Source: Deltaproteobacteria bacterium (GTDB lineage Bacteria > Myxococcota > Kuafuiibacteriia > Kuafuiibacteriales > Kuafuiibacteriaceae). From it: a stretch of 64,000 nucleotides of DNA. The notes under the pieces were generated by a model, which had not been told where the DNA came from, did no database searches, and saw only the letters and a program-made list of their open reading frames with translations. The number at the start of each line of letters is the position of its first letter. The first letter of the stretch is position 1. Positions 37,487-46,090 of the stretch are shown here, one piece after another. Made by a program: the position numbers and the translations under genes. The DNA is taken from positions 256,001 through 320,000 of the forward strand of contig JAVJQW010000041.1 of assembly GCA_040218735.1 (NCBI GenBank), written 5' to 3'.

Positions 37487-38695
37487 GTGGGCCGCCTCTG
37501 CCTCCTCGTCGTGCTCCTCGTTTCGCTGGTGCGGTGCACCTCCGAGGCCTGTCGCGACGAGGCGTCGAGCGTCGAGGTCGTCATCACCGGCGACTTCAAC
37601 GCGGCGGTGTCGGTCGCGATCGTCGTCGAGTACGACGAGGTCACGCGCACCGTGCCGATCAACTTCGAGGGCACTTCGCTCCCGCCGCAGCGCATCGGTC
37701 TCATACCGGCGCCGACGCCCGGGACCGAGCTGCGCGTCACGGTCGATGCGTTCTCGCGCGTCGACGCGCGCGGCACACGCGTCGCGCACGGCGAGATGTC
37801 GTCGACGCTCACTCCGGACGGCTGCAACGTGGCTCAGGTTCGCCTCGAGTCGCTGGACGTCGTGGTGCGGGACGGCGGCGTCGTCGAGGCGCCGCGCGAC
37901 GGCGGGGTCGAGGAGGTTCGCGACGGCGGTGACGGGGACGGCGACGCGGGGGTTCGAGACGCCGGGATGGATCCGCGCGACGCCGGTGAAGAGCCGCCGG
38001 TCCTCTCGTGCGTCACGGGCATCACGCGGGACACCACGCTGCTCTACGACTTCGACGGGCTCCCGATGCTCGAAGACCTGACGCAGCAGACCAAGGTCCG
38101 CTGGCTCGCGAACCCGGACGGCGTTCAGCCGCAGAGCCACGAATCGATCCCGGACTGCGGGACGGCGTTGGACCTCGGCGGCTACGGCGTCGCGATGATC
38201 GCGGCCGCGGACGGGCTCGCGATCGCCTCGCTCGACTTCCTGCTCCACATGCACGAGCAGGGGCCGGACGAGATGCAGGGCATCGTGTCACGCGACGCGA
38301 CGGGCCAGGCGGAGCCGGGGCACTTCACGCTCTTCCGCAGCTGCGACGATCACCTGGTGCTCCGCGTTCAGGACACGGTGAACAGCGTGTACCTGTGCAC
38401 GGACGCGCCGGTGCCCGCGGAGAGCTGGGCACACGTTCGCATCGTCGTGAGCCCGGAACCGCAGCTGTACGTGGACGGCGCCCTGCAGACGCAGCAAACG
38501 GAGCAGGTCGGTCTGTACGGAGCGAGCTGTACGGAGCCGGTCAGCTGCGGAGGCACGCTCCAGCTCGACGCGTTCGGGAACTCGCTCCCGCTGGTGGTGG
38601 GCGCCTCGGCGCACGAGGTCGCGGCGGGCTCGGAGGCGCAGTTCACCAGGCCGTTCTACGGCGCCATCGATCACCTCAACGCGCGCAGTCGTTAG
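37487..38695 (+). CDS. Exported protein with C-terminal LamG/concanavalin-like domain
   Basis: Signal or lipoprotein N-terminus, RDGG linker, 'WAHV', 'LYVDG', 'PLVVGA' and 'FYGAID'. Confidence 0.7.
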   Translation: MGRLCLLVVLLVSLVRCTSEACRDEASSVEVVITGDFNAAVSVAIVVEYDEVTRTVPINFEGTSLPPQRIGLIPAPTPGTELRVTVDAFSRVDARGTRVAHGEMSSTLTPDGCNVAQVRLESLDVVVRDGGVVEAPRDGGVEEVRDGGDGDGDAGVRDAGMDPRDAGEEPPVLSCVTGITRDTTLLYDFDGLPMLEDLTQQTKVRWLANPDGVQPQSHESIPDCGTALDLGGYGVAMIAAADGLAIASLDFLLHMHEQGPDEMQGIVSRDATGQAEPGHFTLFRSCDDHLVLRVQDTVNSVYLCTDAPVPAESWAHVRIVVSPEPQLYVDGALQTQQTEQVGLYGASCTEPVSCGGTLQLDAFGNSLPLVVGASAHEVAAGSEAQFTRPFYGAIDHLNARSR

Positions 38696-38795
38696 TCGGG
38701 CTGCTCCACGGTGAGGCGGAAGTCGCCGCGCTCGGTCGTCGGACGCGCGGTCTCGGCTTGGCAGGTCGAGCACATCGTGCTGAAAGGGGGCCGAT

Positions 38796-39530
38796 ATGGG
38801 TCGTACGTTCGAGAACCGCAAGCACGCGATGGCGAAGCGCGGGGCGCGGGACGCCAAGGCGTTCACCAAGGCCGGCCGCGCCATCAGCATGGCCGTGAAG
38901 GCCGGGGGCCCCGACGTGGACCACAACGCCGCCCTCCGACGCGCCGTGCAGAACGCACGCGCCGTGAGCATGCCGAAGGACCGCATCCAGGCCGCCATCG
39001 AGAAGGCCTCGGGGTTGGGGGACAGCGAGGACTACCAGACCGTCATCTACGAGGGGTACGGGCCCCACGGCGTGGCGATCATGGTCGACGCCGCGACCGA
39101 CAACGTGACGCGGACCGTCGCCAACGTCCGCAGCGCCTTCAACAAGGGCGGCGGGACGTTCGGGAACTCCGGCAGCGTGCAGTTCATGTTCGATCTCTTC
39201 GGGGTGTTTCGGCTGAAGGCCGAGGGGTTGGACCGAGAGGAGCTCGAGCTCGAGATGATCGACCACGGGCTCGAGGAGCTGTTGGAGGGCGTGTCGGAGG
39301 ACGACGAGCCGCAACTCGTCTTGCGCTGCTCGCGCGAGGAGTTCGGCAACCTGCAGTCGGGTCTGGAGGCCAAGGGCATCGAGCCGACCTCGTCCGGCTT
39401 CGAGTGGGTCCCCAAGAACACCAACGTCCTGAAGGGTGAGGAAGCTGAAGCCGTCATCGCGCTGCTCGAACGCCTCGAGGACGACGACGACGTGCAGGCG
39501 ACCTTCTCCACGCTCGAGATCGAGGACTGA
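38796..39530 (+). CDS. yebC: YebC/PmpR family protein
   Basis: 'MPKD.I..AI.KA', 'YEGYGPHG', 'TDN..RT' and 'LEDDDDVQ'. Confidence 0.93.
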   Translation: MGRTFENRKHAMAKRGARDAKAFTKAGRAISMAVKAGGPDVDHNAALRRAVQNARAVSMPKDRIQAAIEKASGLGDSEDYQTVIYEGYGPHGVAIMVDAATDNVTRTVANVRSAFNKGGGTFGNSGSVQFMFDLFGVFRLKAEGLDREELELEMIDHGLEELLEGVSEDDEPQLVLRCSREEFGNLQSGLEAKGIEPTSSGFEWVPKNTNVLKGEEAEAVIALLERLEDDDDVQATFSTLEIED

Positions 39531-39532
39531 GC

Positions 39533-41392
39533 TTGCTCAGGAAGCTGCTGAGGTACCTCGGGCTCGGACTCGGGCTCCTCATCGTCCTCCTCGTCATCAC
39601 CTACTTCGCCCTCAAGGTGATGTGGGCCGACACGCATAACCGTGCGCCCGAGTCGGCCACCGGGATCCGCGAGGTCGCGACCGTCCAGACGAGCACCACC
39701 ATGGTGGTCGCGGCGCACCCGGAGGCGTCGAAGGCCGGGCACACGATCCTCGCGGCCGGCGGGAGCGCGCTCGACGCCGCGGTGGCGGTGCAAGCTGCGT
39801 TGACGGTGGTCGAGCCGCAGTCCTCCGGCATCGGCGGCGGCGCGTTCCTGATGTACTGGGACGCGTCCGAGCAGAAGCTGTACGCCTACGACGGTCGGGA
39901 GACGGCGCCGGCCGCGGCGAAGCCCGAGCTGTTCATGAAGGGCGGCGAGAAGATGAACTTCGTCGAGGCGGTCGTGGGCGGTCGCTCGGTGGGGGCGCCC
40001 GGCGTGTTGGCGATGCTCGCGAAGGCCCACGAGGCGCACGGCAAACGACCGTGGTCGCAGCTGTTCGGACCGGCGAAGGTGCTCGCGGCGGAGGGCTTCG
40101 AGATCACGCCGCGGCTGCACTCGCTGTTGCACCGTGACCCGTTGTTCCGCGCGATGCCGGCGGCGCGTGCGCACTTCTTCGTGGACGGCGCGGCCAAGCC
40201 GGTCGGCACGCGGCTCGTGAACCCCGAGCTCGCGGAGGTGTTCGACCTCGTCGCGGCGGACGTACGGAACTTCTACGAGGGGCCGATCGCGGAAGACATC
40301 GTGAAGACCGTGAAGAACGCGAAGCGGCCGCCGCTGTGGGTCGCGGGGGTCAACGCGATGATGATCGAGATGGGGGCCCCGACCGGGTTCGGGACGATCG
40401 CGGACGAGCCGAACGCGGGGCTTCTGACCGTCGAGGACCTCGCGACCTACGAGCCGAAGGTGCGCGAGGCGGTGTGTGTGCCGTACGCGAAGCTGAAGGT
40501 GTGTGGCTTCCCGCCGCCGACGTCCGGCGGGATCACGACGCTGCAGATCATCGCGCTCGTGGGGCGCTTCGACCTGACGGGCTTCGGGCCGCGTTCGCCG
40601 CAGTTCGTGCACCTGTTCGCCGAGGCGAGCCGCGCGGCGTTCGCGGATCGCGATCGGTACATCGCGGACCCGGACTTCGAGGACGTGCCGGTGGAGGCGA
40701 TGCTCTCCGAGCGGTACCTCGACGAGCGCGCGAAGAAGATCGCCGTCGACCGGCGTGCGCCGAAGCTCGCGCCCGGGAAGTTCGAGGACTTCACGTTGCT
40801 CCGCGCGGACGATCGCTCGCCGGAGCTGCCGTCGACGAGTCACTTCGTGGTGGTCGACGCCGAGGGGGACATGGTCTCGATGACGACCTCGGTGGAGAAC
40901 GTGTTTGGTTCGCGGCTGATGGTTCGGGGCTTCGTGCTCAACAACCAGCTCACGGACTTTTCGTTCGTGCCGATGGTGAACGACCGTCGCGTTGCGAACG
41001 GGGTCGAGGCGGGGAAACGTCCGCGCAGCTCGATGTCCCCGCTGATCGTGCTCGGCGAGGACGGCGCGCCGCTGCTCGCGATCGGGTCACCCGGCGGGAG
41101 CCGGATCATCGACTACGTCGCGCGGGCGACGCTCGGCGTCATCGAGTACGGGCTCAGCCCGCAGGAGGCCATCGAGCTTCCGCACGTCATCAACCGCGGC
41201 GGGGCGACGGAGCTGGAGAACCAGGGCTGGAAGACCGACGAGCTCGACCGGGCCAAGAAGTACCTCGAGCAGCTCGGGCACGAGGTCCTGATCGTGGAGC
41301 AGAACAGCGGCCTGCACGCCATCCAGCGGCACGCCGGAGGCTGGCGCTCGGGCGCGGATCCGCGCCGCGAGGGGCAGGCGTTCGGGGATTGA
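39533..41392 (+). CDS. ggt: Gamma-glutamyltranspeptidase, N-terminally anchored
   Basis: 'EPQSSGIGGG.F', 'DGRETAP', nucleophile 'TSH', 'NNQLTDF', 'RPRSSMSP', 'GSPGG' and 'DPR'. Confidence 0.93.
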   Translation: MLRKLLRYLGLGLGLLIVLLVITYFALKVMWADTHNRAPESATGIREVATVQTSTTMVVAAHPEASKAGHTILAAGGSALDAAVAVQAALTVVEPQSSGIGGGAFLMYWDASEQKLYAYDGRETAPAAAKPELFMKGGEKMNFVEAVVGGRSVGAPGVLAMLAKAHEAHGKRPWSQLFGPAKVLAAEGFEITPRLHSLLHRDPLFRAMPAARAHFFVDGAAKPVGTRLVNPELAEVFDLVAADVRNFYEGPIAEDIVKTVKNAKRPPLWVAGVNAMMIEMGAPTGFGTIADEPNAGLLTVEDLATYEPKVREAVCVPYAKLKVCGFPPPTSGGITTLQIIALVGRFDLTGFGPRSPQFVHLFAEASRAAFADRDRYIADPDFEDVPVEAMLSERYLDERAKKIAVDRRAPKLAPGKFEDFTLLRADDRSPELPSTSHFVVVDAEGDMVSMTTSVENVFGSRLMVRGFVLNNQLTDFSFVPMVNDRRVANGVEAGKRPRSSMSPLIVLGEDGAPLLAIGSPGGSRIIDYVARATLGVIEYGLSPQEAIELPHVINRGGATELENQGWKTDELDRAKKYLEQLGHEVLIVEQNSGLHAIQRHAGGWRSGADPRREGQAFGD

Positions 41393-41431
41393 GCGTCGGT
41401 CGATCGTCGGCGCACCAAACGGGACATCCGC

Positions 41432-41439
41432 GCCGATAA
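41432..41439 (+). promoter_or_regulatory. GCCGATAA, sigma28-type -10 element
   Basis: Exact match to the FliA -10 consensus, 8 nt upstream of ATG 41448. There is no TAAA -35 at canonical spacing. Confidence 0.45.
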
Positions 41440-41447
41440 CCCACCGA

Positions 41448-43433
41448 ATGCCCCTGCGACCGGAACGACGGACGACGCGCCTCGGGCTGGACCCGACGCT
41501 GCCCCAGGTCGACTTCGCCGCGGGGAAGCGGAGCGATGCGAGCGCCGCCGACGTCTACGAGGGGCACGGTCACGTCGCCAACGTCGAGGCCGGCGACGAG
41601 GGGCCGGCGCTGCACAAACTCGTCGGGGACCTCGATCCGGCGGGGATCCGAAAGCTCCTGAAAGACGACCCGAAGGCGATCGACAAACGCAACGCGGTCG
41701 GCGACGCGGCGCTCCACCTGGTCGCGGACCAGGGTGCGGTGATGCTCGCGGAGCTGTTCGACGAGAAGGGCGCCGACCCGCGCGTGAACGACCGACGCGG
41801 GCTGATGCCTGGGCACCGCGCCGCCGAGAAACACCCGCGCACCGCCGCGTTCCTGATCGACCGCGCGGCGGCGAGTGACGCGGTCGAAGGTCCGGTGTTG
41901 AAGCCGGCAGAGCTGTCGCGTCGCATCGCGGACGCGTCGCTGGACTCCGACAAGGCGATCGACAAACTCGCGGCGAGCCTGTGCGGCGTCACCGTCGGCA
42001 CGCTCAACTCCGCGCGCCAGGTGGTGAAGAACCGCACGCACCTCGAAGAGGTGAAGGGCACCATCCTGGAGCTCAAGGCGGAGGCGTGGTGGCAGGCCGA
42101 GTTCGGGCCCCAGCGTGTACGCGCGCTGCTGTCGGCGATCGCCGAGACGGCAGAGAAAGGCGAGCCGGTCCCCGGAGCGCGTAAGGTGCTCGAGCGCGAG
42201 ATCGGCGTGCAGCTCGACATGCTGCGGACGATTCGCCGCGTGCGCGCGATGGCGAGGAGCTCTTCGCCGATGCTGCGCCGGAGCGCGATGAAGCTGGAGG
42301 CGCGCCTCGTCACGCCACGCATCCTCGACGCCGACCACGAAGTGGCGTTGGCGCTCGGGTGGAAGGGGCACGCGATCTACGGCGGCTTCACGCACGTCCC
42401 GCCGAACGCCGAGCACCCCGAGGCGACGTTGCTGGTGCGCGTCGACAACCGCGGCTCGGGCGCGAAGCTCGCGCACGAGAAGACCGAGGAAGGCGACGTC
42501 GTCACGCGGGCGTTCCACGTCCCGGTCGCGTACCTCGAGACACCCAAGGGCCGCGCGGCGTTCGAGGGGTTCGTCGCGGATCTGCTCCTCACGAAGGCGA
42601 CCCCCGACAGCAAGGGTGACGACTTCTACGCGCACGTCGCGACGTTCAAGCGCGCGGTGAAGGAAGCGACGAAGAAATCGGAGCTCGTGGAGAGCACCCA
42701 CGGCGTGGTCGATCAGTCGACGTTGCCCGCGCAGATCGCCGGCAACTGCGTCGTGGCGAACACGTTCCCGGGGCTCTCGTCGCGCCTCGGTCCCGAGCTG
42801 TACACGTGGTTCACGGAGTACGAGCGCGACCTCGCGCGGGACCTCGTCGGTGAGTTCGCGGATCCCAACACGCTGATCGATCAGCAGTGCCTCGAGCGTG
42901 ACCAGCGGCAGATCGAGAAGGTCCTCGACGGCGACGGTCCGTGGGCGGAGCGCCTCAGCGCGATCCTCGGGGCGGCGACGTACGCGGGGGTCGAGGAGGT
43001 CGCGAACGAGGTCACCGCGGATCACCTGGAGGCGGTGATCGAACACGGCGACCACGAGGCGCTGAAGCTCCTCCTCGAACACGGCGCGCCGTTGGAGGCG
43101 CGCGGGCACCGCGATCGTTCGCCGCTGCACATGGCGGCGCGGCTCGGGCACGACAAGTGTGTGAAGGTCCTGCTCGCCGCGGGCGCGAGCCTCACCGCGC
43201 GCGACGACGAAGGGAACACACCGCTGCACCTCGCGGTGAAGTCGAGCTCTTCGTCATCGGTCGCGCAGCTCCTCGCGAAGGGCGCGGACCGCGACCTCGA
43301 GAACGACGCCGGCGAGTCGCCGCGCTCGATGATCGAGGCGCAGGTCGGGCAGACGATGTTGATCGCCAAGTCCCTCGGCGTCGAATCGAACCGCGGTCGT
43401 CGGCAGACGCCGTTCGGCCGAACCGGGACCTGA
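41448..43433 (+). CDS. Ankyrin-repeat protein with central putative cysteine protease/deamidase-like domain
   Basis: Ank repeats at both ends (GDAALHLVA, SPLHMAA, GNTPLHLAV). Central 'GHA', 'DNRG' and 'GNCVVAN'. No signal peptide. Confidence 0.8.
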   Translation: MPLRPERRTTRLGLDPTLPQVDFAAGKRSDASAADVYEGHGHVANVEAGDEGPALHKLVGDLDPAGIRKLLKDDPKAIDKRNAVGDAALHLVADQGAVMLAELFDEKGADPRVNDRRGLMPGHRAAEKHPRTAAFLIDRAAASDAVEGPVLKPAELSRRIADASLDSDKAIDKLAASLCGVTVGTLNSARQVVKNRTHLEEVKGTILELKAEAWWQAEFGPQRVRALLSAIAETAEKGEPVPGARKVLEREIGVQLDMLRTIRRVRAMARSSSPMLRRSAMKLEARLVTPRILDADHEVALALGWKGHAIYGGFTHVPPNAEHPEATLLVRVDNRGSGAKLAHEKTEEGDVVTRAFHVPVAYLETPKGRAAFEGFVADLLLTKATPDSKGDDFYAHVATFKRAVKEATKKSELVESTHGVVDQSTLPAQIAGNCVVANTFPGLSSRLGPELYTWFTEYERDLARDLVGEFADPNTLIDQQCLERDQRQIEKVLDGDGPWAERLSAILGAATYAGVEEVANEVTADHLEAVIEHGDHEALKLLLEHGAPLEARGHRDRSPLHMAARLGHDKCVKVLLAAGASLTARDDEGNTPLHLAVKSSSSSSVAQLLAKGADRDLENDAGESPRSMIEAQVGQTMLIAKSLGVESNRGRRQTPFGRTGT

Positions 43434-43539
43434 GGTCGGCGAAGTCGGGTCCCGACCGACCGTCCACCCAGCGCACGCCACACGCCCCCGCACATCCGGA
43501 CGATGACGACGAGGCTCGGTGCGCGCGAGCATCGAAAGC

Positions 43540-44784
43540 ATGGACCGTCACTCCGTACTCTTCGTTGGACTCCTGGGCGCCTGCATCCCCGCGGCGCCCG
43601 AGGGGACGTCCTTCGACCCGCCGCCCCCGCCCACCGTCACGCGGGACGCGGGGCAGGAGGCGATGATGGCGCCGCCGCGGGACGGGGGCATCGCGCCCAA
43701 GCCAGACGCCGGCTTCGTCGACGCCGGGACGGTGGTGCGCGACGGTGGACCGCGGGACGGAGGCGTCGTTCCGCCGTCGGGGCTGCCGGTGCTCGGCAAC
43801 GGCCAGCACACCCTGGACGCCGTGATCGCGACGACCGTCGCGGACACCTCGGTCGGTCACGACCGCCCGACGGATCTCGCGTTCAACCCGACGCGCTCGA
43901 ACGAGCTGTGGGTGGTGAACCAGGGCGACAACACGGTGTGGATCGCGACGTCGCCGGGCGAGTCGAACCAGTCTGCGGTGTGGCGCGGAGGGCGAACGAT
44001 CGGGCGGCACTTCCTCCCGCGCCCGTCGGGGATCGCGTTCGGCGACGCGGGGGACTTCGCAACGATTCACGAGGAGGACCGCGTCACGCAGTCGAGCACG
44101 CCCGGGGACTTCATGGGGCCGACGTTGTGGCCCTCGAACCTGTCGATCTTCGACGGCGGCCACGCGGGCCACATCGACATGCTGCACAACACCCCGAACG
44201 GGATGGGCATCGCGTGGGAGAGCGGCAACGCGTACTGGGTCTTCGACGGCTACCACGCTTCGATCACCCGCTACGACTTCCGGCGTGACCACGGGCCGGG
44301 CGGGAGCGACCACAGCGACGGGCACATCGTTCGGTACGCGGAGGGGCAGGTGTCGCGCATCGAAGGCGTGCCTTCACACCTCGCGTTCGACGCCGCGACC
44401 CGCACGCTCTACATCGCGGACACCGGCAACAATCGGATCGCGACGTTGGACACCGAGAGCGGCTCGCGCGGCGGCTCGATACAGCCGAACTACGACGGCG
44501 TCACGCAGTACGCGATGACGGGCGCGGCGCTCGGGACGTTCGTCGACGGCGCGTCGAGTGGTTTGTCGGCGCCGAGCGGTCTCGAGCTGTACGACGGACA
44601 TGTGTTCGTCGGCGACAACGCCACGGGGATCATCTCGGCGTTCGCGATGGACGGGGAGCTCGTCGACTGGCTCGACACCGCGCTGCCGGCGGGGGCGCTG
44701 ACGGGGCTCGCGTTCGACGCGGGCGGTCGGCTCTACTACCTCGACGCGATCGGTGGTCGCGTGCTGCGCGTCGCGGAGCGCTGA
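43540..44784 (+). CDS. Beta-propeller (NHL/YVTN-like) lipoprotein
   Basis: Lipobox LGAC, RDAG linker, 'PTDLAFNP', 'LYIADTGNNRI' and 'PSGL'. Confidence 0.78.
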   Translation: MDRHSVLFVGLLGACIPAAPEGTSFDPPPPPTVTRDAGQEAMMAPPRDGGIAPKPDAGFVDAGTVVRDGGPRDGGVVPPSGLPVLGNGQHTLDAVIATTVADTSVGHDRPTDLAFNPTRSNELWVVNQGDNTVWIATSPGESNQSAVWRGGRTIGRHFLPRPSGIAFGDAGDFATIHEEDRVTQSSTPGDFMGPTLWPSNLSIFDGGHAGHIDMLHNTPNGMGIAWESGNAYWVFDGYHASITRYDFRRDHGPGGSDHSDGHIVRYAEGQVSRIEGVPSHLAFDAATRTLYIADTGNNRIATLDTESGSRGGSIQPNYDGVTQYAMTGAALGTFVDGASSGLSAPSGLELYDGHVFVGDNATGIISAFAMDGELVDWLDTALPAGALTGLAFDAGGRLYYLDAIGGRVLRVAER

Positions 44785-44785
44785 C

Positions 44786-46090
44786 TCACTCGACGCGGAG
44801 CACCGTCATCATGCCGTCCTCGGCGTGCGGGAGGATGTGACAGTGGGTCATCCAGTCGCCGGGGTTGTCGGCGTCGATGCGTAGTCGTACGCGGTCGCGG
44901 ATGCGGAGGTTGAACGTGTCCTCGATCGTTCGGTACGGCGGTGGGACGCCGTTCACGGAGAGCACCTCGAACTCGAGCCCGTGGATGTGGAACGGGTGCT
45001 GGCTCGGCGAGAGGTTCACGACGTCGACGATCGCGACCTGGCCGAAGGGGATCGTCTCGATGGTGACGTTCGGGAAGCGCTCGCCGTTGATCATCCAGAC
45101 GCGCGAGCGGTCGCTCCCCGCGAGGGCGTAGACGATGTCCGCGTGGCCCGGGTCGTCGCTCACGACGCCGCCCGGGAAGGGCCACGCGAGCGGCGCGGGG
45201 GCCGGCGCGGGGTTGTTCACGGCGATCCGCACGAGGTCGACGGGGTCGCCCCACTGGTCGCCGCCGTTCAACGAGTAGGGGGCCGTTTGGATCGCGAAGT
45301 CGTCCTCGCCGACGGACAGCTCGACGTCGGCGCGGTCCCCGGGGCCGAGGATGATGCGCTGCGGAGACTGTGCGCCGGGGAGGAGGCCCTGGTCGCTCGC
45401 GATGTGGAGCATCCCAGGTGCGGACAGGGCGAGGATGCCGACGTTGCTCGCGTTGACGAAGCGCGCGCGCACCGTGCTGCCTCCGTCGATGGAGAGCTCG
45501 GCGTCCTCGACGCCGTTGACCCGCCAGCGCACGGTGCGCCGGCCGTGACCGTGGGCGTGCTGCATCGGCGAAAGCTCGTCGACGACGTCGGCGATCAACA
45601 CGATGTCGACGTCCGGCACCGGGTCCGCGGGGTCGTGCACGACGAGCGCGCCGTAGAGGCCGCCTTCGACCTGCGACTCGGTGTCGAAGTGCGGGTGGTA
45701 GAAGAACGTGCCCGCCTGCGTGAGCCGGAACTGGTACGTGAACGTCTCGCCGGGGCCGACCGGGTCGCGCATCCAGGTGACGCCGTCCATGTCGAACGGG
45801 ACGGCGACGCCATGCCAGTGAATGGTGGTCGCGGTGTCGAGGTCGTTGACGAGATCGACGACGAGGAGATCGCCGACGTTCGCGCGGATCGTCGGGCCGG
45901 GGTTCGTTCCGTTGTAGGCGTAGAGGAAGTCGGCGCCGTCCGCGAGGTGCGACGCGGTGAGCAGGACCCGGACGGTGTCGGCCGCGGGGTCGAGGTCCGT
46001 CGCTTCGACCGGGGCGAGCGCGCGCGGCGCGGCGGTGGTGGCCTCGCGGCACGCGACGGCGAGCAGCAGGACGAGCGCGAGCTTCTTCAT
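44786..46090 (-). CDS. Multicopper oxidase lipoprotein
   Basis: Lipobox AVAC and copper motifs HWHG, FYHPH, HPFHIHG, HCHILPHAEDGM. Confidence 0.92.
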   Translation of the reverse strand: MKKLALVLLLAVACREATTAAPRALAPVEATDLDPAADTVRVLLTASHLADGADFLYAYNGTNPGPTIRANVGDLLVVDLVNDLDTATTIHWHGVAVPFDMDGVTWMRDPVGPGETFTYQFRLTQAGTFFYHPHFDTESQVEGGLYGALVVHDPADPVPDVDIVLIADVVDELSPMQHAHGHGRRTVRWRVNGVEDAELSIDGGSTVRARFVNASNVGILALSAPGMLHIASDQGLLPGAQSPQRIILGPGDRADVELSVGEDDFAIQTAPYSLNGGDQWGDPVDLVRIAVNNPAPAPAPLAWPFPGGVVSDDPGHADIVYALAGSDRSRVWMINGERFPNVTIETIPFGQVAIVDVVNLSPSQHPFHIHGLEFEVLSVNGVPPPYRTIEDTFNLRIRDRVRLRIDADNPGDWMTHCHILPHAEDGMMTVLRVE

